Source: Harriotta raleighana
Taxonomy: Eukaryota
Assembly: GCA_050575255.1 (NCBI GenBank)
Contig: JBNZDD010013707.1
Span: forward strand, 2,660,729 to 2,724,728
DNA length: 64,000 nucleotides
Reading direction: 5' to 3'
Part shown: in pieces, positions 1 through 13,789 of the stretch
Position numbering within the stretch: position 1 is the first letter of the stretch
Layout of the letters: each line of letters starts with the position of its first letter
Translations under genes and position numbers: made by a program
The notes under the pieces: model-generated
Database searches by the model: none
Told to the model about the DNA's origin: nothing
Seen by the model: only the letters and a program-made list of their open reading frames with translations

Positions 1-360
1 GGGAAAGAGGAGGCGGTCTGAGAACACATACCTGAGGCATTCTCCTTAATATCTTTCCCCAAATAAAACCCTCTACTTCCTTCCCTTTAGCTAATTCTGA
101 ATCCATGTCTTTTCCTTATTTCCGGTGACCAGTTTGCGAATCAGCCTTTCATGAAGTACTTTGTCAAATGTCTTTTGGAATTCTAGATATACTACACCAT
201 ATGGCTTTACATTGTCTATTTGGCTGTCACCTCTTCAAAAAAATCTATGAGATTGGCTGGATAGGACCTACCCTTTCTGAACCCATGCTGGCTGTCAATT
301 CATAGATTATTTTTATGTAGTTAATGATTGATTTAGGGTAATGAGTCTATAGTTGCCAGG
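1..360 (-). mobile_element. Degenerate CR1-type LINE fragment (RT region)
   Basis: Motifs such as tttgtcaaatgtcttttggaattctagata and acccatgctggctgtca resemble the antisense of CR1 ORF2 RT sequence (QHGF.KGRSC / YLDFQKAFDKV region). No intact ORF; boundaries approximate. Confidence 0.6.
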
Positions 361-1042
361 TTTAGTTCTTGAATATAGGAATGTTTGTTTGCTTCCAGTC
401 TTTGGAACCTTCCCAGTGTTCCCACATAATAACTCTCAGTGCTGCACAAATCTGACTTGTCTCCTTCAGTGCCCTGAGGTACAGTTTATTCATGTCAGAG
501 GATTTGATACTTATCCAGAATCTCAATCTCACTTATGTTCAAGTCCTGGAGCTCAAAGAATATTTGCTGGATGTTGGGCGGTGTATTCATTGTCCTCCGG
601 TAAAAAAAAATCTCTAGGATGTAGTCGTTCATTTAATATTGTATGTTTGCTATCATTTCCGACCCACTTTGAATCCTTTAGGATTTCAGCATCTTACTCA
701 TTACCCTTATTGAAAGAATTTGGGGTGAATAATGATGTGAGATCTATTTGATCATTAATCTGATTTATTATTTTTAAAACCAATTTGTAAATGGAGCACA
801 GTCAGTGAAATATGAATAACATTATTCTGGCTTTGTAGGAAAAGACCACTATAGTACATGCCATACTATAAAAATTATACAGAAAGGAAGAATGGGATGT
901 TCGAATCTCATTTAAGGAGATATTACTATTTGGCTGTTGGTATGTCTGAGTTATTTTTTCCTTTCAGTCAAAAGATGTCAAGACACGCACAGAAACCCAT
1001 CATCATACTTAAGAGTTTCTAAATCAGACTGAGAGTTCCACG

Positions 1043-1328
1043 CATAATAATCACCGAGACATCTCAAAGCGATTCACAGAATATATTATCAAGTGAATTG
1101 ACTGTATATTTTGTGGGCGAAACCCGGCAGCCAATTGCGCAAGGAAGGGTCCTACAAGCAGTCATGGATTGAAGACACCAATTTTATTATTCTGTTTTTT
1201 TTCTTGAGGGATTAGTATCAGGAGTGTGGAATAAGGAAACTTGCTTAATATTTCGCCCTGCCTGGAATTGAACCCAGGTCTCTCGCTTGCGAGGCAGGTG
1301 CTCTAACCACTGAGTTGCAAGACTCCAC
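1043..1328 (-). mobile_element. tRNA-derived SINE
   Basis: Reverse complement of the family copy at 24441-24779, with A-box (ctcagtggttagagc), B-box (gggttcaattcc) and the same body. Confidence 0.85.
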
Positions 1329-1934
1329 AAACGGCAGGCCACCTCCTTGTGAAAATTTCCCCGTGTGTGGGATGAAGTGCTGGCATCTGTAAGCTTCTGG
1401 TCAATTAGCGTCTCAGCCTCCATGCTTGATGTGTCATCGGTTGCCAATGACAACCTAGCAGCACAGTCAGGGAGAGTAAACTTCCAAACAAAAGGACTTT
1501 GCCACAACACAGTACTGCTGTGAGGGGTGTTCTTACAAGGTACTGCACAGGATGCCTATTTATTGTCTGCAATGAGCTTATCACATTGCAAATGTACATT
1601 TGAAGATACATTGTTCATACGCTCAGATGACAATGAGTATGTCATCCATNTGGGAGAGTAAACTTCCAAACAAAAGGCTGGACTTGCAGGGACTTTGCCA
1701 CAACACAGTACTGCTGTGAGGGGTGTTCTTACAAGGTACTGCACAGGATGCCTATTTATTGTCTGCAATGAGCTTATCACATTGCAAATGTACATTTGAA
1801 GATACATTGTTCATACGCTCAGATGACAATGAGTATGTCATCCATTCACTTGTATTTCTCTCTTTGATCACCTCCTATGTTTCAATGGGCCCGTGCATTT
1901 AGATTTGCTCTTGTGTTAACATTCTCCTTCTCAG

Positions 1935-2138
1935 CAAATCCAGGAGTTGGAAGCTACGCTGTACAATACATTGCAGCAGTGCCCTGGAAGCCGGGTGAGC
2001 GAATCTCTGAGCGACAAGCAGAAGGAAGAGCTGAAGCTGGCTGTGGAGAAGTGGAGGCGGCAAGTGCTGAGGCAGAGCCGGGAGTATGACGGTCAGATCT
2101 TACAGGAACGTCAGGAACTACTGCAACATGCAAATCAG
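1935..2138 (+). CDS. JAKMIP1: JAKMIP1 internal coding exon (QIQELEATLYNTLQQCPG...QERQELLQHANQ)
   Basis: ttctcag acceptor and cag|gtact donor; 204 nt, phase 0-0. Translation matches my recollection of the JAKMIP1 C-terminal region ([63 protein letters not shown]). Confidence 0.92.
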
Positions 2139-3556
2139 GTACTCGTCCTGCAGAGCTCCACGAGGAGTGCAAGACCTGTTAAGGTTACTTTATTGGGGTG
2201 GAGGCTCATGCGGAGTATAAGCAGTGACACAGACATCTTCAGCTAAATGCCCTGTTTCCGTGCTGCAATGTTCTGTATAATTGTTTGTAAATTATGAAGC
2301 AAACAGTCACTACATTTGACAGCAATTATTGTGAAGCACTAGAGATAGTTTTTCATTTTGTGCGGTTTTCTTGTTCTATTGATAAGCCAACTACTGTGTG
2401 AAATGTGGGATAGGTTTTCCTATTTAAAAGCCAACTAAAAAATTTGCAGTATTTTTTTTCGAAAAACATATCTTTGCTGATGACTTTTCCAAAACCAGAA
2501 CTACTGTAGTACAGCACCAATAATTCTAATCAGGTATTTTATCTGTTCAGCTTGAAGGAAGAGTGTCTGTTAATGAAAATATTGCTGCTTGCAATTGTGA
2601 AGGAAATAAATCCCAGGTCAAGTTAATTTTTGAAATAATGATAATCACTCATTTCTGAAGTTGCTTAAATAGTGCCTATTATTCACCACATTCATCTCAA
2701 GAACACTATTTCAGTGGTAAATATGTTTTAGAAGAGACAATACTTTGACAATGATTTTGACTATTTGTGGCTTTAGAGGGATACCCTATTTTGGGTGGTG
2801 GTGGCGGTGGAATTTAGTGGGGTGGGGATTCAGTACTAAAGAATTCAAGTATGTAACAGAGGGGAATTTGTAGAGCTGAGAAACATAATCTGGTGAGAAT
2901 CTGTATTGACTGCTTGAGTCTGGTTTTTTTTACAATCTGATGAAAGACTTAATTTAGGCTGAATACAATATTGTTACCTCTTTCCAGCCTCAACCATCAC
3001 CATTTCTATGAGGAACAACTTTAGATTATTTTGGGGTGAAATTTGATATATTTTAAGTGTTCGATGTGATAATTATCACAAAGCACTTTGAGATATCCTC
3101 CTGACCTGAAAGCTGCTGTAAAAGTATAAGACAGTTATTGCATATTGCATGTTTAGAGTTCCCAAATTTACCCCCTATGTGTCTCCATCTAGAGTATTAT
3201 TCCTCAAGTTTTAATCCTTGCATCAAATTCAAAATACTTATCCTTGTGTTCGAATCACCCCGTAATTGCATCCCACACTCCCTCCGTGAGCTCTTGCAAC
3301 CATGCACCCACACCTTCTATTCAATGAATGCTGGCTTGCTTCATGTCCCACCCTTTTGGTTACCTTTCCCCAGCATCATCCCAAGCTTCCTCTATCCTCA
3401 GCTCAGACTCTTGGTTGCTCTGTGAAGCACTTTGAGATATCATCCTGACCTGAAAGCCGCTGCAAAAGTGCAAGACAGTTATTACTCCAACGTCTCTGCT
3501 GTTGAAAGAATGCAAAGTATTGTATATAGGAAATCAAAAAGAAGCACATGTTCTCG

Positions 3557-3910
3557 GTGGAGTCCTAGAGCACTCGCCTCTCAAGTGAGAGAGATAGGTT
3601 TGATTCCCGACAGGACAAAATTTTGGCCAAGTTTCCTTACTCCACATGGCTCTGTTTATCTATAAAGTAGGAAACTGGTTAGTAGTCGATTGGCGGATCG
3701 CTTTTCCGGGGCTAATACTTNCTTCAAAAAAATAATAATAATGAATTAGTCACTTCAATCCATGACTGTTGGGACACTGCTGTGCGCAGTTGGCTGCTGC
3801 ATTTTTCCCACAAAATAAACAGTCAATTCACTTTACAGTATATTCTCAGAAGCTCTTTGAGATGTCTCAAAGACCTTATATCAAATGCAAGGATTATTAT
3901 TGTTATTATT
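3557..3910 (+). mobile_element. tRNA-derived SINE
   Basis: Shares the body (gggacactgctgtgcgca...cagtcaattcactttacagtatattc) and the tcaaatgcaaggattattatt tail with other copies. Confidence 0.8.
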
Positions 3911-6900
3911 AACCCAGTGCTAGAGAAGCAGATTATGTGGAAGGGCTCTTCACTGTTTCTGCTACAAATGATACTTTGGGCAGCTCCAACTCATTTACTG
4001 CTGGCTGTGGATAGCCAGCAAAGCACTGACCATAGTGTAGGATATGGAGTGGGTTTGGGGAAATAGCTCTTCTGAGTTTATTATACTAATCCTTGCATTT
4101 GAGATAACGCCTTGTCACATCATTGAAACGCCTCAAAGTGTTTCACAAAATATTCTGTAAAGTGAAACACATTGTTGTAGAGTAAAGCAGCTTCCTCACT
4201 TATCTTATCAAAGCTGAACCTGAACTGAGAGTACTTGATGCTTAGTTGTGTGAAATTCAAAACTTCTCTGTGATACAAAGCTCCCCCAATCCCTCCCCTC
4301 CACACAANTCCCCCCCACACAATCGATACACACAGACCCCAAACAAGTTTTAAAAATCAGAAAGGCAGTACTGGGGCAGTGAGGACTGTGTTCTCAAACC
4401 CAATCTGTTGATGGGAAAAGATAATATGTGAATTNTCCCTCCCCTCCACACAATCGATACACACAAGTTTTAAAAATCAGAAAGGCAGTACTGGGGCAGT
4501 GAGGACTGTGTTCTCAAACCCAATCTGTTGATGGGAAAAGATAATATGTGAATTATGGACTTTTGAAGGTACATCCTTGTATTTTCTGTCTAGTTACCTG
4601 CTTGGATTTAAACTTGGATGGGAGCCAAGCCTCTACTGGAGTTCTCAGTGCTCCTGTGGTGAAATGACCCATCATCAACAACTTGCTTTTACATAATGTC
4701 CTTTGTGCAGGATAGCATATCAGAGCAATAACTCTTCACAATGGACTATAGAGCGGCCTGTTTAGAGCAACGTATTCCACTCATTGATTCCTCTTCAGTA
4801 CTGATTCCTCTTCATTCAGGCCTTTTGCCTCCGTCCCAATTCTCTCCCTCCCCCCTTCTCTAACCCTCCCCCTTGCTCCAACCTGGCTGTTCAGCGCCTT
4901 GAGATGTCCTCCCGATGTGAAAGAATCTCTATAAATATAATTTTGTTGTTGTTGTTGAATTCCTGGTTCTGCATACTCCAGGTTAGATCTGTTATGTGTC
5001 AGCCTGGCGCAGTTGGCAGAATATGCACTCTCTCCCTAGGGGAACTAATTTCTGCTATTTCTGGAGAGTATTAGACGAAGGCTGGCATGAGCCAAGGCTT
5101 GGGGGCTCCAGAGTGTGCATTGGGGTAATTACTGGATTTAACTAACAAAACTGAATAGTTTAGCAATGAGAGCACTGCCTGTCTGAGATGCCTGTGGGAG
5201 ACTAGCTTGTATTAGATTAGTGGCGTTGCAGCAATGAACTGAGATGCAACAAGTGGGCAGGCAGAAGGTCTGCAAGAAGCAACAGCCCAGTGCTCACCTC
5301 TCAATGTAACACAGTCCTACGGCGGGGAATTGTAAAGGTATATTATATATTTTGCAGTCATTTTGCACAGTGTTAGAGGACACAGAACGGTGGATTAGGA
5401 TAGCTTTTAAGTGTGTGATGTCTCACACTTTTCTTTTGAAATGCAATCGGAATAAGGGAATGGATCGTCTCTAGGTGTTGTCTGAAAAGCCCTCACTTGC
5501 TCAGGGCTTCTAGGACCAAATCCTGCTTATTCTTCTGTTTGCAATTGCGCCAACATAGAGAGACTGGAAAGCACTTACCCTTTCTGCAGCGGATAATATC
5601 ACCGACTTGTACTTTCACATTTTGTTCCCAGTGACAAGTAATTTTCATTCGCAACACCCTGGGCCAATATAAATTGGGATATTTCATGTGAGTATCTTGG
5701 TAGCAGCCTCGATTTCTGTTCCCTGTGAAAATCTCTTCCATAAAACATATTTCAACAGTTCACTGATCCAAAAACACAGATTCATGGATTCTTGATTCCC
5801 TGCTTTGAGCAGCTTTATCTTGTTCCCCCACTGAAAACGAGGCAGGAAATCATTGCTGCTGCATTTACTGCTCGAATTTAAAATCCATCCATTATGTGCC
5901 ATGTGAGCAAACAAGTGGTGCACTGTTCCAGTTAGATTTCCCTTTGAAATTATAAATCATGTTTTCTTGAAGACAGGGACATTTCAGATGTGAATCATGA
6001 CTTTGTGAGCTGAGTTAAAGTGAAATAACACTTTGCTTTTTTACTCACCTGCAGAAACATCACCATGCTTAAGAATATCCAAACAACAACAAAATTACAT
6101 TTATAGAGTGCTTTTTACATCAGGAGGACACCCTAAGGCACTGAAACTAGACGGGGAGGTCCACATAGACATTTCACCCACACATGGAAATTACCCTGAG
6201 TGTCTCTCAATTGGAACGTACCCTGCTTTTCTTTTTCCAGAGTGTACCTTGGAGTTACTGCTGGTATTTAATCAGCTAAACCCACCTAGCTTGCCATTGA
6301 AAGTGTTGTCTGACAAATCTTTCTGCTGTTTATCCAATTAGTAGTACCTTACCCATAAGGAATTTGATTTGCAGGATTAATGGGATTTGAGTGGGATCAA
6401 TCCCTAATCCCATTGACCAGTCTGATCAGAGCCAGGGTGGCTGGGTTGTCATCAGCAGTGCCTTGGAGGATTGTAGACCTGGATCAGGAACTGGACTACT
6501 GACCAAGAAACACACGACTAGTCTAATCAAGGCTGTCTTGATTCCAACATTCCTTTGTCAAGCACATAACCTTGGAGCCAACCCAGCTCCAAGGAGATCT
6601 CCCTTAAATTCTCTCTCCCACACCACCAAGGAAGATAGTTACCACAGTAGTTGGTTATTTGAAAATTGACAACACAGATTGGAGCTGAATACTAGGTGGC
6701 TGGAACTCCCTATGAGCTGCCTGGTGTGCAGCACAGCTCAGCCTGAAATGCACAAGTGCACTTCCACCATTTTCTTTCTCATAACTCAGACACACATCCC
6801 TACCCACTGAGCGATGGTTCCACCAGTGGGAGGTGCAGAGCATGATCCCTGGATATGTGAATGGATGTTCATAACCCTGAACTGCAGGTCAAGTCTTCCA

Positions 6901-7439
6901 GCAGCTGTTGTCCCAAACCTCAGAGATTTCAGGTATTTGACAGACGTTCAGCATGGTGCAGAGACCTTTAAAGTACTGTACTTGGATTAATCAGTCGGTA
7001 CAATAAACGTGGTGTTGAGTAAACATGGTATGTACCACTGACTTAATCCAGGATCTCGGGATCCAGGTTTTGAATAAATGTGCCTGCTATGAAGCCACAT
7101 CTGCCTCCAGTGTGCTTAAAAACAGAGCTCAGTGTAGCTCAGAGCCCTCCCACCTTTAAGATGATTCCCTTTTGTGCTACAAATCCATGCTTGGTCCAGG
7201 ACTTCACAAATGGGCCAAAGGAAATTCCTCTTCTTTATGCTCAGCACCATGAAGGAGAACTGACAGAACAAACATTATGCACCATGAGTTTACCTGTATT
7301 GGGACATTGTAGCACTTGAAGAGAAATGAGAACAACCAGAATAACATTTGCAGCTCCACAGAACCGTGACCAACAAAATATTGTGTCCCCAACCATCCCT
7401 GATACTAACAACAAGAACACCAAAATTATACTTGTGTCG

Positions 7440-8390
7440 CGTCTTTCATGTCAGCAGGGCTGGACAGTCAGTGTTTCAGACCCGAGCCGGGGTCGTGGGC
7501 GGGGTGGGTGGAAGGAAAAAGGATTTGTGATGACTGATGGGACCATCAAAGAGGAGGGTCTTGAGGCGGGACTTGAAGGAGGACAGGCAGGGTGTGAGGT
7601 GGAGGGACTGCGGGATGTATTTCCAGAGGTTGGTTGCAGGGTGGCTGAAGGCTCACCCACTAATGGTGGGGTGGGTGGATTGGGGGACTTGGTGCAGGCT
7701 GGAGCCTCCTGAGCTGAATGGGGGGTGGGAGGTTGGTAGGGGGTTAGGAGGTGGTAGATGTAGAGTGGGGCGAAGCCATGGAGGGCTTTGAATGTGAGGA
7801 CCAGGATCATGAATTGGATCCTCTGAGTGATGGGGAGCCGATGGAGTCGGGCAAAAATGGGGAGATGGGGTCACAAAGCTTGGAGCGTTAGAGGATACCA
7901 GCCGCAGAGTTCTGGAATATCTGCAACCTATAGAGGGAGGAATTGAGAAGGCTGACAAGCAGGGATTGGCATAGCCAAGCTGGGATGTGAAGAAGTCGTG
8001 AATGAGGGCTTCAACGGGCTGGGGGCTGAGGTAATGGTGGAGTCGGGCAATATTGTGGAGATGAGGGAAGGTAGAGCGTGTCATTGCTTGGATGTGGGAG
8101 ACGAAAGACTGTTGAAGATCGAACAAGACACTTAGGTTCCTGACTGGCTTGGTGAGGTTGAGTGTGCAACCATGGAGGTTGATGCTGCTGGTGAAGCATG
8201 AAGGCGCAGGCACGAGCCAATTAGGAGGGCCTCGGTCTTGTTGACATTCAACTGTAGAAAGTTAGCTCTCATCCAGAACTTGATGTCTGACAGGCAGTCT
8301 GTCAGGACAGTATGTAGTCCTGGAGTTGAGGGGAGAGGGAGAAAGATAGAATTGGGTGTCAACTGCATAGATGTGGAATACCAATAGGAA
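7440..8390 (-). mobile_element. 5'-truncated L2 LINE (RT C-terminus and 3' end), frameshifted
   Basis: Minus-strand ORF pieces [46 protein letters not shown] and [11 protein letters not shown] are typical L2 ORF2 motifs; similar to 49436-52900. Confidence 0.9.
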
Positions 8391-11300
8391 TCAATAAATT
8401 TGGATTGATGCACCAGTAATTTTGAATCACTTCAAGCGCGGTTCCCAGCTTGAAGATTGGGAGGATTCTAGGGTCATCTGTTGAAGGCATCGATTACAAA
8501 TTGTACCTTGATCTGAATCATCCCTATTTACGACCAAAGTGACTTTCTGGAAATAAATACTGTACCTGGTAAACTTAATGTTGTTCAGCTAGGAGCAGAG
8601 CTTTGTACATGATTCCAGTCATAGGAAGATGGGATTGTACAGGACCAAAGGAGACTAATACAGTCCATTTAGCCAGATCCAAATTACAATAAAGACAATA
8701 TATAGTTCCACACTACCCCTATTACAGCTGGTAAGACTATTTACATCTTCAAAGTCTCTTAGTATTTTAAAGACTCACATCATGTCTCCTTTAATCTTTT
8801 CCCTGGTGAAAGCAAGTTTAGCTCTTTTTACCTCTGCTCAAAGCTTTAAGCCTGGAATCATCCTTGTCCCTGCTCTTTGAACCCTTTTCGTGGAACTTTT
8901 CCGTGTGTAAGAAGGGGGGTTACAATTGATGCAGCAAAATTGATACTTTTGCTCTTGTAAATGCAAACTGTGAAACAATTAAAATCTTCCAGCTACCAGA
9001 TTTGTTGCGTGAGAAAAGATTATTTGGCTGAACTAACCCAGCTTATCCCTCAATGCTATTAAAGTAGTGAACAAGCTGCACAGCCTTTCTAATCTCGCTG
9101 TTGATCCCAAACGCATGCTTTGAATTTAAAGTGGTCACAAATGAAGGATGAATCAGCTGAATTATTCGCACTTAGCAACCACACACTGTTGTAAATGGTT
9201 ACCAGTACCAGAGGATACTCACCATTAGCTACTCACCACACAAATGAGCTGGACGCCTCTGCTCATTGCTCTTGCTAGTAACAGTAACATATCATTTCTA
9301 GCACTGGTAACCAGCCAAAGAAAAAGTACACTGTAAAACACCAAACTGTATAAAAGGCATCTCGGCAGCCAGGAAAAGCTTCTCACTGTAAGTTTCACAG
9401 CAGCCTCCATCAGGACCTCAATGTCTTTACTCACTGAAGTCAACTGTCAGTTTAACTTAGTTGGTAGAGCGCTTGCCTGTTACCAGGTTGTGGGTTCAAG
9501 CTCTAAGTTTAGATTTCAATGTTCTACTGTGAAGCTGATACTCCAGAATAACACTGCATTGTCAAAGTTGCCAACTTTCAGAGAAAATGTTGTTATAATT
9601 CGGTCCGCCTGTTCAAGTGGACTTTAAAATTCTTACTTTGCAAAAGGGGAAACCAATTTCTCTTGGAGTCCTGGCCTGAATGTTTCTAGATTCATTAATT
9701 GATCATTCACCTTGAGGTTGTTTTGGGACATGAAGGCCCAAATTGGCTGCCATGAGATGTTTCAGTGCAAAACTGCAAAACTGTGCTGCAAAACTGCAAG
9801 GTTTTAATTAAAAGTTGGAAAATATCAGAGAAGCTATAGAAGTAGACCAAGTCAGACTAACGACTGGCTATTGAATAGTTTGTTTTTTTCCTTTCAAACG
9901 TATGGGTCATCATCTTAATTCTGCTTTAAGCTTCATGCGAATTCGAAGGAGGAAGGGTTTTACATCTTAATTAAACCCCTTTATTGCATTTGTCAGTCAC
10001 GTCAAAACGTACACGTCACAGATCATAATTTAGACTGGAGACCCAATGATGAAGAAAGATTAAATCATTTAAGTCAACTTACTGTAAAGAACAAAAGACA
10101 TCAGGAAATTGGAGAAATACATGCTTTGGAGTTTGTTCACTTTAGATACCCTCCTATTCATCTTAGTTGAATGTAACCCTGGGGGAAGCTTGTGTTCTAG
10201 GAAGCTCATCGTAGAACAGGCATATTAGAAAAAAGTGAAAAAGAAAGTCCATGAATGTTATTGAACTTGTCTTCAATTGAACCAGGCAGAGACCAGGAAT
10301 ACATTGAGTGAGCAGTCTTAACAAATGCTATTGATTATGGATGATTTATGGATACGCTATGTGATACAGAGCAGACCATGTTAATAATGCATCACCAGCC
10401 TCCAAATGAAATTATTGACATACGGAAGACTGAAGAGATACATTAAAGCATCTATCGAAGCATAATCAGGCATCATTTAAGGGAAAGTGGATTGGAGGCT
10501 GCTCAATGAGATTTGAGAAAGTGCTTCTCAAGAAAGTCCTACCATCCCTGGACCAAATACCTTGTAGTGTACAATGCATTCCTAAGTGCAAATTGTTGTT
10601 GCTGTCTCTAAATGGAAGTGATGATTTCTGGAAACAATTCTCCACTCAAATTACTGACGAGAGCTGGGTTAGTCAGACACAAGGTATCCTGTGTTCTTAA
10701 ACATTTACCCAAAGAATGTCTCTTTTTAATCTTTCTCCACAGTCTCTACATTCACATCTCCTTCAGAATTGCTGACATGACTCAGATTTATATAGATTGT
10801 ACAGCGTGGAAGCAGACCACCTGGCTCAACTAGACTGTGCCAGAGTTTATTATTCCACATGAGTCTCCACCCACTCCTTGCTCCCTTCCATACCTTCTGT
10901 TCCCTTCTCTCTCATGGGTATATCTATCATCTGCTCAAATGCATCAATACTTACTGATTCTTTTAGTCCCATTTCCCTATTCCCATATTATCCCTGATCG
11001 ATCTCACTTGTAAATATCCCAACTGATTCTGTCTACATAATTTTCCAGGAAAGTCCCATGCACATTTTCACAACCACATGTGGCGGTGTTGTGTTGCCGT
11101 CTTCATATGTAAGACAAAGTTTAACTTCTTCACGGGCCAGGTAAATTCAGAGAAAATGTTACTTCCTCATCAGTGTAAAAAAAATTGTTTCATCACTTTA
11201 TGGCTGTTTGTGGGACCTTGCTATGCGCAGATTAGCCCACAAAACACAGACTCTTTAATGCACTTTACAATATATCTTGTGAATCGTCCTCTTGACGAGA

Positions 11301-12553
11301 AGGGTGCTACATTAACTGTTCCATTAAAAGTGATGTTAACAATCAGCATTTCCCATTAAATGTGGAAGAAGGGATGCATTAATTGCCTTTCTCTAGACCC
11401 AGTCATCTCTGGATTGATCAAATGAATCACCAGGCACTGAGAATGATGCACAGTATTTACCATTCTTGGAAGCGTGTGCTCCCCATGGTAACTGGGTGGC
11501 CTCGTCTACAGGTATCCAGGCTTGGTTTGTTCTCAAGGTGGCTTACGACTAACTCAGCATCTGATTCACCACATGGAGGGATGAAAGCAAGCTAAATGCC
11601 AGAGATTACAAAATATACAGTCAATTCACTTTACAATATATTCTATGAAGCGCTTTAAGACGTCTTGACAATGTGATAATGCCCTATATCAAATGCAAGT
11701 ATTATTATTATGATTATATTTATTATTTTGCACCCTTTCCCAACACATACCTTTTAAAACGACAGTATCATGTTTAGCTCTTACAAATGAGCATTTTTAT
11801 TGTTTTTAAAACCATACAATGTGCAGGGTGCTTGTCATGACTATTTACAGTATAAAGTATGTTGGGTTTGTACTGACGTTTTCTCAAGGTCAGGATATGT
11901 TTCCCTGAAATAAGAAAATGAAACAAAGAGCAGAACGAGCATCATTTTCAGGGGGCAATCTGTTTGTGTTTTAACACTCGAATAGTCACTAACTAAGCAG
12001 CTGCTGGGAACATTGGCCTTTGTCTTCAAAACGGATTATCAAGCAGACTTTTAATCTCCATTTGTAAGCACAGTGTGGAACGTAGCCCAATCTCACCAGT
12101 GTTGCCTTGCTATATCTGCGTTTCTCTGTGCCTCTTGTGTGCATGCTGTAGCTCTGTTTCCCCGGGATCAGGTACAATTCGTTAATGCTGAATCACTGGT
12201 AAATAATGAAATGTGTGCTTTTTAAAAATGTTTTATAAAAGAATAAAGAGTTACAATTCTTTGAGCCTGTTTAATATTAGTCAAGTGCATTTCTTTTAAC
12301 AAGTACCAAATGACTGTATTTTTGTTGTGCAAATACATCTACTGGTGTTCAGGCAGAAAGATCAACTGTGTTTGCTGGTTAGCACTTCCATTAAGAAAAT
12401 CACTGACTACTCAGCTATGCTGAGAAACGAATGGGAAATTTAGCAAAATCATAATTTTCTGCCAAATTGTGGATGCATAAAAATGAACAGACTATCATTT
12501 CAACGCCCACCTTTGCTGAGTGTCTAACAGTGTGTGGCCTCTTTGCTTTGCAG

Positions 12554-12619
12554 AGAATTCGAGAGCTAGAAGACAAGATAGAATTTCAGAAAAGACAAAT
12601 CAAAGAAATAGAAGAAAAG
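12554..12619 (+). CDS. JAKMIP1: JAKMIP1 penultimate coding exon (RIRELEDKIEFQKRQIKEIEEK)
   Basis: ctttgcag acceptor and aag|gtgagg donor; 66 nt, phase 0-0; matches JAKMIP1 RIRELEDKLEFQKRHLKELEEK. Confidence 0.93.
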
Positions 12620-12916
12620 GTGAGGTGTTTGACTTTGACAGTGTAAACTTTTGTTCGTCAGCTGTACAAAATATTTTGCATGCTTTCAAATGTTCGACTG
12701 GCATTATAATTGCATGAAGCAACTCATTGTATTGATTGTATTGCAGTAGAGTACTGTATTCCCTTTTAATATGTAATTCAGTAAAATCATTACAGTAGCA
12801 CACACATTCACTTTGTACTAACATTTTTATCCTCTTTAACTTATTTTTCTTTCTCTTCCCTTCTCTTGCTTATTTTGTTTGCGTCCTTTATGTCATGGTT
12901 TATTTTATACTTTTAG

Positions 12917-12967
12917 TTTTTGTTTTTGTTCCTGTTTTTTTCCTTAGCCTTTATCCTCTGGCCCTGA
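12917..12967 (+). CDS. JAKMIP1: JAKMIP1 terminal coding exon: hydrophobic tail anchor FLFLFLFFSLAFILWP*
   Basis: ttttag acceptor at 12916, phase 0; translation is the known JAKMIP-family C-terminal TM segment; TGA at 12965-12967. Confidence 0.93.
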   Translation, partial: FLFLFLFFSLAFILWP

Positions 12968-13789
12968 GAGACCATCTCCTGAGATACAGGTGAGTGCAAG
13001 CATCTTGTCTATTGAACAACTGTGCTTGGTGCTGAAGGAGAAATTACCAGGGGCTGTCCAGCTTATAATGTTTCACATGCAGTGAAAGTGAGCCATGTTT
13101 TGTGCATTAGCCTGAAGCCTGAATAAGCTCTGTCTGGCCGACTCAGCAAATCTGTTTACACCACTGTGCAACTCTTATTGCATTCAACTACAAAACCCTG
13201 CTTTCAAATAATCCGTACAATTCCTAACTAAGGGCAAAACTTGGTAAAATATTGCTGTTGAGTGCTGGGAGTGTACATTAAATTAGACTGGCACATTCCC
13301 CTATCCCAATTTAATCTGGTCAACTGAGGAAGCTAGTGTATTATTGTAGAGGTTTGTTATCCTATACTTAAGAGAGAAAGGAATTCCTCCCGGTTTCCTG
13401 GCCGACAACCCTCCAAAATAAAAAGTTGTCACTCACTTATTGGCTCTTTGTGGGACAGTGCTGTGCGCAAATTGGTTGCCGCTTTTGCCTACAATACCCA
13501 CAGTCACTGCACGTTACAGTACATCCTGTGAAGTGCTTTGAATGGTTCTCCTGACATTAGAGGCACTATACCCAAAACTGTATAAGGATTGTTATTTTAT
13601 TGTTATTATTACTTAGAGGTTTGTAATCTGTGAAGACATGGACTCCGTTTAAGACACTGCTTGAATGCTGTGGCTGGATGGTGGCAGGGTGGGTGGGATT
13701 GGTCAAATCAAGTTGCCCAAAGGGGCATTTCTTTCGGACCTATTTTGTGACCTTTTACTTGTGACTTTCTACTCTTTACCTCTCACCAG

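Noticed and set aside
1470-1846. Direct repeat of about 180 bp
   Set aside because: The copies are near-identical and separated by a single n (1650), the signature of unmerged contig overlaps.
4290-4555. Tandem duplication
   Set aside because: Bounded by single n characters; assembly artefact.
5480-5930. Minus-strand ORF pieces with a Cys cluster (RCRKGKCFPVSLCWRNCK); similar coding-like decay at about 57300-57840
   Set aside because: Could be very old transposon coding remnants, but I cannot assign a family or splice context from the sequence.
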